Assembly (NCBI GenBank): GCA_003142535.1
Contig: PLMQ01000039.1
Coordinates: forward strand, 394 to 51,966
Source: Syntrophaceae bacterium
GTDB taxonomy: Bacteria > Desulfobacterota > Syntrophia > Syntrophales > Smithellaceae
DNA: 51,573 nt
Direction: 5' to 3'
Shown here: positions 39,151-47,064 of the stretch, one piece after another
Numbering within the stretch: position 1 is the stretch's first letter
Layout of the letters: every line of letters starts with the position of its first letter
Notes under the pieces: model-generated
Database searches by the model: none
Told to the model about the DNA's origin: nothing
The model's input: the letters and a program-made list of their open reading frames with translations, nothing else
Translations under genes and position numbers: made by a program

Positions 39151-40100
39151 ATGGCATAAGTCACAATTTTCAATTCGTGCAAATTCATGTTCCCGATTTT
39201 GTGTTCATGGCCGAATTTTATGTATTTTATATCTTCCGGCTTGCTGCCGAATATCTTTGCTGCTGCCGCGTCAATTGCCACAATGTCGCGCGACATAAGC
39301 AACGTTTTCTTCATTTCAACTTCGGCTGGGCTTCCGTCCCGGGGGCCGGAAGGTCCATGGCTCATGAGAACACGGTAAGCATCCACTATATTGAGGTCAG
39401 GCCGGCAATGCAGGCAAAAATCGGCAATGCACTGATCCAAGCCGGTCATGTGATATTCCATCCTGTTTTGGACAATACCCATCAAATTTTTCATGGCGAT
39501 GGAAAGGTGGGTAGAGCCGTGATGTTTTAAAACCGGTACGTTAATAAATACATCAGAGTCCAGGATTAATTCATGAACCTTTACAGATTTCAGTATTTTT
39601 GCGTGTGGTATTTTCACTTCTCTGTAGCTGAAATCATCAGCCGGAACCACCAGCGCTCCGGCGGCTTTGGCGGCGTCCTCAATGCCGCTTAACTTATAGC
39701 AATTTCGGGCATTGCTGGATGTGGGCATGACAACGTTATCAAAGACATATACTTTTTTAGCTCCGGCCTGATAGCAATGTTCGATAATGGTTTTAACTAA
39801 TAATGGATTGGTGGTAGCGCCGACTTCCGGTAGGCGGGGAAACCCCATATTCGGTTTAACTGCGACTGTCTGCCCTTTTTTAACAAATTGATTCATTCCG
39901 CCCATGAGCGTAATGGCTTTCTTAAACATTGCGTCCGGTTCGCCGTTCTTGATGGCAACAAGATCGGGTTTGCCTGCCACTGCCTCTTTGGCAAAAAGCA
40001 GATCCGTTTTGCCGAGAATAAGCGATCCGCCCGCAACCAGCCCCAGCGAGAGCCCTTTCTTCAAAAATTCCCGCCGGTCAGTTTTAATCGTTTCTTTCAT
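39147..40100 (-). CDS. Tat-exported DUF362 protein
   Basis: DRREFLK Tat motif, VKPN, TNP, VPVLKHH, AMKNLMG, DIVAIDA. Confidence 0.88.
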   Translation of the reverse strand: MKETIKTDRREFLKKGLSLGLVAGGSLILGKTDLLFAKEAVAGKPDLVAIKNGEPDAMFKKAITLMGGMNQFVKKGQTVAVKPNMGFPRLPEVGATTNPLLVKTIIEHCYQAGAKKVYVFDNVVMPTSSNARNCYKLSGIEDAAKAAGALVVPADDFSYREVKIPHAKILKSVKVHELILDSDVFINVPVLKHHGSTHLSIAMKNLMGIVQNRMEYHMTGLDQCIADFCLHCRPDLNIVDAYRVLMSHGPSGPRDGSPAEVEMKKTLLMSRDIVAIDAAAAKIFGSKPEDIKYIKFGHEHKIGNMNLHELKIVTYAM

Positions 40101-40396
40101 GCTGGTCTCCTTAACTTTATATTCTAGAAAAGACCGTTAATATGCGGAACTAATTGTAAAACATTTGTGATTGTAATTCTATGCAAATTACTATCAAAAT
40201 CTCACCTAAATAGCAATGCAGCGGAAACCGAGAAAATTATTGGAAATGCTTTAATGAAATGAATTGTAAACACTAAAGATAATGATATTTTTGCTGTCCT
40301 ATTGCACATTATATCATATTGGTACTCGATATTGCGGATGCTCGTCAGGCGCTGAGCTCTGGTGGGATTAAGGTTATCCGCCGCAATAACTAAATT

Positions 40397-41710
40397 TCAG
40401 GATTGAGTCTTTACATGAATCAGCGGCAGGCCCAGATGGCGGCGGCGGGTTTCGCCTTTCAGGCGGGTCTGATCGCGCACGGTGGGCGAACCCCGTCTGC
40501 CCTTGCCCAATTGTTCAATAGGATGGGAGCTGCCCAGATACAACGTATGCTTGCCGAATTTTTTCCCCAACTCATCGGCAACATTGTAGAGTTCTTTTAT
40601 TTTTTCCGCCTGCGGTGGGTCGTCAAAAAGAGTGTATTGAGTGTTGGTATCCGGCGCAAGATTAAGCAGGATTACTCCAGTGGCGCGGTAAATATTCTGC
40701 GGCCGGTAGCAAACATCGAAAAGCTCGCGAATAATGCCGGAGAATTCCAGTGGGCAGGCACAGGGGCGCGAAAGCACGGCCTCGCTTCCTGCCGTATCAA
40801 AATTGTTTTTCTTCAAAAACACAACTATTTTATGCGGCGCCAATAAATAGCGCCTTGCCTTGATACAGGCGGATTCCATGTTCCGCATCAGTTGCGCGAA
40901 AAGGTATGAGGCATCGGATGTCGCCGGGGCAAAAGTTTTTGTTTTGCTGATCGAGGCGTAGGAACTCTTATCTTCGGCTGTTACGGGGTAAACTGATTTG
41001 CCGCGCAACTCCTGCCAGATTTCCATGCCGGGTTTAGTGAATTTTTGCAGCACTGTTTTTTCTGGTAATTGGGCGAACTCCAGCGCGTAGTGAATGCCCA
41101 TTTTCGCCAGATAATTGGTTGTGGCCAAGCCTATTCCCCAGATTTTTTCCACAGGCAGATTGCGCAGGTATTCCGCAATAGCTCTTCCTTTGATTACTGT
41201 CATTCCCGCCGGTTTCTGGTGTTTGGAGGCGACTTTCGCCAGTACTTTGGTGATGCTCAAGCCCACGGAAACTGTGATGCCGAGTTCCCTTTCGATTTCT
41301 CTTTTCATCTGGATGATTATTTCTTCGTATGATGAGTGCAGGGAGCGGCGCATGCCGGTGATATCGGCGAAAGCCTCGTCAATGGAATACTCCTCGACGT
41401 CGGGCGTAAAACGACGCATGATTCCGAACATCCGCCGGGAAAACAAACTGTAGGTTTCGTAATCGGAAGGCAGGATAATCAGCTCCGGACAGATTTGCCG
41501 CGCCTCGTGCAGCGGAACGGCGCGCTTGATTCCCATCCTTTTGGCAGGATAGCTGGCGCAGGCAACAATGCCGCGTTCCCCACCGGTAACCAGCGGCTTG
41601 CCGCGAAGTTCGGGATGAATTGTCTCCTCACAGGAAGTGAAAAAAGCGTCACCATCAACATGAAGGATTGCTCGTGGCCAGGAATGGAGACTGAATAATT
41701 GTTCGCTCAT
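40397..41710 (-). CDS. dinB: Y-family DNA polymerase IV
   Basis: HVDGDAFF, ACASYPA, YSIDEAF, SVG..KVLAK.AS..KP, IWGIG; QYTLF clamp-binding-like motif. Confidence 0.88.
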   Translation of the reverse strand: MSEQLFSLHSWPRAILHVDGDAFFTSCEETIHPELRGKPLVTGGERGIVACASYPAKRMGIKRAVPLHEARQICPELIILPSDYETYSLFSRRMFGIMRRFTPDVEEYSIDEAFADITGMRRSLHSSYEEIIIQMKREIERELGITVSVGLSITKVLAKVASKHQKPAGMTVIKGRAIAEYLRNLPVEKIWGIGLATTNYLAKMGIHYALEFAQLPEKTVLQKFTKPGMEIWQELRGKSVYPVTAEDKSSYASISKTKTFAPATSDASYLFAQLMRNMESACIKARRYLLAPHKIVVFLKKNNFDTAGSEAVLSRPCACPLEFSGIIRELFDVCYRPQNIYRATGVILLNLAPDTNTQYTLFDDPPQAEKIKELYNVADELGKKFGKHTLYLGSSHPIEQLGKGRRGSPTVRDQTRLKGETRRRHLGLPLIHVKTQS

Positions 41711-41732
41711 AAAGTAATTGTATAAAGCAGGT

Positions 41733-41966
41733 TTAGCGAATCAGAATGGATATACAAACAGGGATGAAAAAAACAGCCGCTGCGACAATAATGCCCCCGG
41801 AAAACAGGTTAATGTATTTTTCATATTTCAGCATACGTTCATCCCAATCGCTGCATTCAATGAACCTCCGGAATTCCCGGATTGGTTTTATGGGCCGGAA
41901 TATCTTCAGCCCGCCTGACGCTTTTGCTTCAAAGGTATTTTCAAAAAAAGCAATTTTACTCTGCAT
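41733..41966 (-). CDS. small protein with C-terminal TM helix
   Basis: GGAGG RBS; co-directional between lexA-like gene and dinB; hydrophobic C-terminus. Confidence 0.55.
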   Translation of the reverse strand: MQSKIAFFENTFEAKASGGLKIFRPIKPIREFRRFIECSDWDERMLKYEKYINLFSGGIIVAAAVFFIPVCISILIR

Positions 41967-42002
41967 ATAAGTTGCCCTCCGCTATTCATGTTCTGAAAAA
42001 TA

Positions 42003-42590
42003 CTACTTGTGATATTTTCTCACAACTGCGGTAATCACACCGGCGATGCGCAGTTCGGATTGCGGGATGATCGGCGGATACTTGGGATTGGCCGCCTCCA
42101 GTGTCACAGTTTTTCCTTTTTTGCAGAAATACTTCATTGTCCAGTTGCCGTCCACTTCGGCCAAAATTATATCGCCGTTTTTGGGTTCCCGTCCCCGCTC
42201 GACAATTACCAGATCCTTTTCCATTATTCCTTCGCCAATCATGGAATCGCCGGTGACGGAAAGCAAAAAAGATGTTTCCGGATGCGTCACGAGGTATTCA
42301 TCGAAGGAAATAATGTCCCGCAGCTCTTCTTCCGCCGGAGAGGGAAACCCGGCGCAAACTTCTCCAGCCAGGGGCAGCGCCAGTGACAAACGTGGCGGAG
42401 CTAAAAATCCCCTGGCGTCTTTTTGCAGAAGCCCTGCGGCGATCAGTTTTTTCACCCAGAAGTCAACAACACTTTTAGAGCGGACACCAATAATATCAGC
42501 CATTTCCGAATAAGATGGCATCCGCCTGTTTTCCCGGAAAAAGGCGGTAATTATTTTTTCCACATCCTCTAAAGTTCGCTTGACTTTCAT
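42003..42590 (-). CDS. lexA: LexA-like repressor with UmuD-type S24 peptidase domain
   Basis: MPSYSEM..G.RSKS wHTH; AGFPSPA cleavage site; GDSM (Ser) and TMK (Lys). Confidence 0.82.
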   Translation of the reverse strand: MKVKRTLEDVEKIITAFFRENRRMPSYSEMADIIGVRSKSVVDFWVKKLIAAGLLQKDARGFLAPPRLSLALPLAGEVCAGFPSPAEEELRDIISFDEYLVTHPETSFLLSVTGDSMIGEGIMEKDLVIVERGREPKNGDIILAEVDGNWTMKYFCKKGKTVTLEAANPKYPPIIPQSELRIAGVITAVVRKYHK

Positions 42591-42597
42591 ATAATCT

Positions 42598-42626
42598 ATG
42601 ATATAGAACGATCGTTCTATTGTCAA
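42598..42626 (-). promoter_or_regulatory. leaderless sigma70 promoter with GAAC-N4-GTTC operator in the spacer
   Basis: Minus strand TTGACA(42626-21)-17bp-TATCAT(42603-598)-7nt-ATG; perfect palindrome ATAGAACGATCGTTCTAT at 42603-42620. Confidence 0.8.
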
Positions 42627-42636
42627 GATATTTTTA

Positions 42637-42705
42637 ATGAGACTCTAATTTCAAAAACGCAGTGTGAGGCGGGGAAATTTAAGCGAGAGAATTATTCGCT
42701 GCTAT
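42637..42705 (+). repeat. degenerate repeat family B 5' part
   Basis: atgagactctaatttcaaaaacgcagtgt...gaattattcg resembles the 30528 and 12857 starts. Confidence 0.5.
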
Positions 42706-42726
42706 TAAATAGGGTGCTAAAAAAGT

Positions 42727-42755
42727 TTGACACATAAATAAAAAGAAGCTACCTT
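42727..42755 (+). promoter_or_regulatory. sigma70 promoter of the pgpA-cinA-thpR-recA operon
   Basis: TTGACA-17bp-TACCTT. Confidence 0.55.
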
Positions 42756-42818
42756 GCGCAAACTTAACAGCCTGAAAATAGGCGATAATTTCAGTATTTT
42801 AGTGTTGGGAGAGGGGTT

Positions 42819-43274
42819 TTGAACGAAAAGGTAATCAAATTTCTGGCTAGCGGTTTTGGTACCGGTTTGCTGCCGGTTGCCCCCGGCACCTTCGGCACTT
42901 TGGTTGGTATCCCGGTTTGCCTTCTGGGTCTGCCTCTTTCCTGGTCATTGCGCCTGCTGGTTGTTTGCATCCTCGCGGCTTTATCAATTTATGTTGCCGG
43001 GCGCGCGGAAAAAATTTATCGGAAAAAAGATGACCAGCGCATAGTTATTGATGAGATTATCGGTTTTCAGGTGGCTATGCTGCCGGTGGCAATTACTATC
43101 CTGCACCTCTGTCTGGCGTTTGTCCTGTTTAGGGCTTTTGATATTTTAAAACCTTTTCCTTTGCACAGGTTGCAGAAACTTCCGGGCGGGTGGGGCGTTG
43201 TGTTGGACGATGTTGGCGCCGGAATTTATGCGGGTTTAATAATGATTATTTTAGTTACATGTGGGGTGATATGA
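42819..43274 (+). CDS. pgpA: phosphatidylglycerophosphatase A
   Basis: GFGTG..PVAPGTFGT, D..IVIDE, FRAFDILKP, VLDDVGAG. Confidence 0.92.
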   Translation: MNEKVIKFLASGFGTGLLPVAPGTFGTLVGIPVCLLGLPLSWSLRLLVVCILAALSIYVAGRAEKIYRKKDDQRIVIDEIIGFQVAMLPVAITILHLCLAFVLFRAFDILKPFPLHRLQKLPGGWGVVLDDVGAGIYAGLIMIILVTCGVI

Positions 43275-44518
43275 GAATAGCTATTTTGACCATCGGCAAT
43301 GAACTAATGAGCGGGCGGATTGCCGATACCAATTCGTCTTTTATCGCTCGCGAAATTAACCTGCAGGGCTGGCGGGTGGAAGCAATGATGTCGGTGGAAG
43401 ATAATTTTGATTCCATCAAAAGCCGTTTAAATTATCTGCTGGCTTTGGCCGATGTGGTAATCTGTACGGGCGGCCTGGGGCCGACTGCCGATGATATAAC
43501 TACGGAAGCAATTGCCCAGGCATTTGGCCTTCCTTTATTTACCGATGAAAATGTTTTGAATCATATTAAAGAAATTTTTACTGCCCGTAATCTGGTCTGG
43601 ATAGAAAATAACGCCAAACAAGCGATGTTTCCGCAGGGCGCGGAAATCATTCCCAACAATGTGGGAACAGCAGCAGGCTTTACCCTTAAAGCCAAAGGGA
43701 AATTGATTTTTGTCATTCCCGGTGTGCCTTGGGAAACTCAAAAAATGCTGCCCGAAGGTGTTCTGCCGATTTTGCGACGGGAATTTCCGCAAAACGATCA
43801 ATTCATTGCCAAACAGACCATCAAAACTTTCGGGCTTTCCGAAGCGGCTGTGGATAAAAGCCTGATGGATATTGACTTTGCCGCATTAGGTGTGAATATC
43901 GGCTTTTATCCGGTGTTCCCGGAAAATCACCTCGTGTTGGTGTCACGCCAGAATACTTTGGAGGAAGCTCAGAATAAACTTAAGATCGCTAAGGATGAAG
44001 TCAGTGCCCGTTTGAATAAATATATTTTTTCCTACGGCGAGGAAACGCTGGAAGAAATTGTCGCAGGTTTATTAAAAGAAAAAAAACTGACAATTGCCGT
44101 GGCTGAATCCTGCACTGGCGGTTTGATTACCAGCCGCCTGACCGATATTGCCGGCAGTTCCGAATATTTGGAACGTGCGGCAGTTACTTACAGTAACGCT
44201 GCCAAAATAAGTTTGCTCGGTGTTCCGGCTCAGATAATTGAAAAGCACGGCGCGGTGAGCGAAGAGACGGCAAAGTTGATGGCTGAAGGCGTACGCAAAC
44301 TTGCCGGCACCGACTTAGGATTAGCTTCTACAGGCATTGCTGGGCCTACCGGAGGAAGCACAGAAAAACCCGTCGGCACTGTTTATCTGGCTTTGAGCGA
44401 TAAAACAAAAACGATTTGCCGCCATCATGTTTTCCGCTGGGATAGAAAGCGAAATAAAATGCTTTTCTCGCAGGCGGCCTTGCTGATGTTAAAAAGATAT
44501 TTACGGGGTGAGGCGTAA
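43271..44518 (+). CDS. cinA: CinA family protein (MoCF domain + NMN deamidase PncC)
   Basis: IGNELMSG..DTN, GGLGPT.DDIT, PGVP.E, AESCTGG, TGIAGP. Confidence 0.93.
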   Translation: MRIAILTIGNELMSGRIADTNSSFIAREINLQGWRVEAMMSVEDNFDSIKSRLNYLLALADVVICTGGLGPTADDITTEAIAQAFGLPLFTDENVLNHIKEIFTARNLVWIENNAKQAMFPQGAEIIPNNVGTAAGFTLKAKGKLIFVIPGVPWETQKMLPEGVLPILRREFPQNDQFIAKQTIKTFGLSEAAVDKSLMDIDFAALGVNIGFYPVFPENHLVLVSRQNTLEEAQNKLKIAKDEVSARLNKYIFSYGEETLEEIVAGLLKEKKLTIAVAESCTGGLITSRLTDIAGSSEYLERAAVTYSNAAKISLLGVPAQIIEKHGAVSEETAKLMAEGVRKLAGTDLGLASTGIAGPTGGSTEKPVGTVYLALSDKTKTICRHHVFRWDRKRNKMLFSQAALLMLKRYLRGEA

Positions 44519-44520
44519 AA

Positions 44521-45102
44521 TTGGATACGGAAAAAAACATACGCGCTTTTTTAGCGATTGAACCGCCGGAAAATATTCTGGATGCCGTCGCGCGCCTGCA
44601 GGAGAAATTAAAAAGAGAAATAGCGGGAAAGTTAAGCTGGACGCGCCCGCAGGCCAATCATCTGACGCTAAAGTTTTTTGGCGATATCAGCACTGCCGAT
44701 GTAGAAAATATCGGCAGTGCGGTAAAAAAGCAGGCGGCAAGTGTGGCGCCGCTGCTGCTCAAAGTGGAGAAACTCGGAGTTTTCCCTGATTGGCGAAGGC
44801 CGCGCGTGCTCTGGGTGGGAACAACCGGCGATACGGAAAGATTGACATTGCTGCAAACTAAGCTGGAAGCTGATTTTGAGACGCTCGGTTTCCCGCGGGA
44901 AAACCGTCCGTTTCGCGCGCACCTGACTTTAGCGCGTATTAAAATTCCGCAGAGTGCGGCAGGATTAGAAGAAGCGGCAAAAAAAATTAGTAATTTTTCA
45001 GCAGGCGAATTCCGGGCAACGGAATTAATATTGTTTCAGAGCAAGTTGACACCGCAGGGGGCGATTTACACAAGACTGGAAACAATTCCGCTGGGCGGCT
45101 GA
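44521..45102 (+). CDS. thpR: RNA 2',3'-cyclic phosphodiesterase (2H family)
   Basis: RAFLAI, HLTLKF and FRAHLTLAR 2H motifs, S.LTPQGAIY. Confidence 0.92.
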   Translation: MDTEKNIRAFLAIEPPENILDAVARLQEKLKREIAGKLSWTRPQANHLTLKFFGDISTADVENIGSAVKKQAASVAPLLLKVEKLGVFPDWRRPRVLWVGTTGDTERLTLLQTKLEADFETLGFPRENRPFRAHLTLARIKIPQSAAGLEEAAKKISNFSAGEFRATELILFQSKLTPQGAIYTRLETIPLGG

Positions 45103-45121
45103 TGAAAGTAGCTTAAAAAAA

Positions 45122-45150
45122 TAGTTCAAAGTTCAAAATACAGAGTTCAG
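45122..45150 (+). repeat. 7-bp periodic tract (agttcaa)
   Basis: tagttca-aagttca-aaataca-gagttca upstream of recA. Confidence 0.45.
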
Positions 45151-45285
45151 AAGACGGTTTTTCTTTCCAGAAGGGAGAGAAAGCTGTATTTTACAACGTT
45201 AAAGATTTTGGCTGATGGCCGGGGCAATAATTAAAATTAATTTATAAAGTAAAATATCAGAAATAAAATTTGACGGAGGTTTTTT

Positions 45286-46305
45286 ATGTGTGCAGATTTA
45301 GATAGATCCAAAGCGGTTGATTTGGCCATAACACAGATCGAAAGGCAATTCGGCAAGGGTTCGATCATGAGACTGGGCGGCGGTGAGCCGGTTGCCGATG
45401 TTCCGGCAATATCAACCGGTTCGCTGAGCCTGGATATAGCGTTGGGAACAATGGGTGTTCCGCGCGGCCGGGTTATTGAAATATACGGGCCGGAATCCGG
45501 CGGTAAAACTACACTGGCGCTGCATATTGTGGCGGAGGCGCAGAAGGCCAACGGCCTGGCCGCATTTATTGATGCCGAGCATGCGCTTGACGTAACCTAT
45601 GCCAAGAAAATCGGCGTCAATACTGATGAGCTTCTTATTTCGCAACCGGATACCGGCGAGCAGGCGCTGGAAATTGCCGAAACGCTGGTCCGTAGCGGCG
45701 CGCTGGATGTATTGGTTGTTGACTCCGTTGCCGCTTTAGTTCCCAAAGCCGAATTGGAAGGTGAAATGGGCGATGCCCAGATGGGCCTGCAGGCACGGCT
45801 CATGTCGCAGGCTTTGCGCAAGCTTACCGGCAGCATCAGCAAATCCAAGACCACCGTTATTTTTATCAATCAGTTGCGCATGAAGATCGGCGTCTTTTTC
45901 GGCAATCCCGAAACAACAACCGGCGGCAATGCTTTGAAGTTCTACGCTTCACAGCGGCTTGATATCCGGAAAATGACATCTTTGAAAACAGGCCAGGAGG
46001 TGACTGGTTTCCGCACAAAAGTCAAAGTGGTTAAAAACAAGCTGGCTCCTCCTTTCCGGGAAGCCGAATTCGACATTATTTTTGGTGAAGGCATTTCGCG
46101 CGAAGGCGATGTCTTAGATTTGGCAGCTGATCAGGGTATCATTGAAAAAAGCGGCGCCTGGTATTCCTATAAGGGAGATAGAATGGGTCAGGGCCGTGAT
46201 AACTCGCGCATTTTCCTGAAAGACAACCCGGATATTATGAAACAAGTCGAAAATGAAGTGCGGGTGAAAATGGGCATAAAGGTTAAAGATCAGGAAGAGG
46301 CTTAA
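45286..46305 (+). CDS. recA: recombinase RecA
   Basis: [53 protein letters not shown]. Confidence 0.98.
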   Translation: MCADLDRSKAVDLAITQIERQFGKGSIMRLGGGEPVADVPAISTGSLSLDIALGTMGVPRGRVIEIYGPESGGKTTLALHIVAEAQKANGLAAFIDAEHALDVTYAKKIGVNTDELLISQPDTGEQALEIAETLVRSGALDVLVVDSVAALVPKAELEGEMGDAQMGLQARLMSQALRKLTGSISKSKTTVIFINQLRMKIGVFFGNPETTTGGNALKFYASQRLDIRKMTSLKTGQEVTGFRTKVKVVKNKLAPPFREAEFDIIFGEGISREGDVLDLAADQGIIEKSGAWYSYKGDRMGQGRDNSRIFLKDNPDIMKQVENEVRVKMGIKVKDQEEA

Positions 46306-47064
46306 GTGAAGCGCTACCCCGGGCAGCGTCAAAGCAGGTATGGCGCGGGTAAGAAAAAGCTCAACGAAGCAATCTACCGGGAAACGTCTGCTGCTGAGGG
46401 CGCTGCTAATTCAACTCAATCGGCTGATTATTTTAATCTAAATAATGCCCAGCAAAAAGCCTACAGGTATTTGTCGCTGCGTGCTCACAGTGCCAAAGAG
46501 ATAGAAAAGAAGCTGTGGCAGAAGGGTTTTTCCGCGGCAGTTATTAAAGAAGCGCTGGAAAAACTTTGCGAATTGAAGTATCTAGATGATGCTGCTTTTG
46601 CTTTCCAATGGGCGCGTCATTTGGCAGTCAATAAACTCTGGGGAAACAGGAAAATAATTGCCAGTTTGCAGGAAAAAGGAGTATCGGCAGAGTTGATTGA
46701 GGCGGCAATTGTCGCGGCACGGAGCGAAATACCGGAAGAAGCGGCAGTGGCGCTTCTGATTGGGAAAAAAGTAAAATCTTTAAAAATAGATGATGCTTGT
46801 CATTTCGACCGCAGGGAGAAATCTTTTTCCGAAGCGAACGAAAATATCTTAAAGATTCCTCGTCGCTTTGCTTCTTGGAATGACACTGAAGAAGTGATTT
46901 ATAAAGGGTTTGATGCTGCCAAACGTAACTCTATTCCAGGGTGGCTGAAAGAAAAGAAAAAGATTTTTCAAAGCTTGTTGGGCAGGGGCTTCCCGGCAGG
47001 CTTGATACTAAATAAATTGGGAAAGATACCGGAGGAAGATATTCATGGCGAAGACGGGCAGTGA
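46306..47064 (+). CDS. recX: regulatory protein RecX with in-frame repeat insertion
   Basis: AYRYLSLRAHS.KE..KL..KGF, YLDD..FA, G.RKI..L..KGV, LLGRGF; directly after recA; start uncertain. Confidence 0.85.
   Translation: MKRYPGQRQSRYGAGKKKLNEAIYRETSAAEGAANSTQSADYFNLNNAQQKAYRYLSLRAHSAKEIEKKLWQKGFSAAVIKEALEKLCELKYLDDAAFAFQWARHLAVNKLWGNRKIIASLQEKGVSAELIEAAIVAARSEIPEEAAVALLIGKKVKSLKIDDACHFDRREKSFSEANENILKIPRRFASWNDTEEVIYKGFDAAKRNSIPGWLKEKKKIFQSLLGRGFPAGLILNKLGKIPEEDIHGEDGQ
46798..46885. repeat. CGTC-type REP doublet inside recX
   Basis: tgtcatttcgaccgcagggagaaatct ... agattcctcgtcgctttgcttcttggaatgaca. Confidence 0.75.

Noticed and set aside
45121-45150. Alphaproteobacterial GTTC-N7-GTTC SOS box upstream of recA
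   Set aside because: GTTC spacings are 3 and 10 nt; better explained as a heptamer tract
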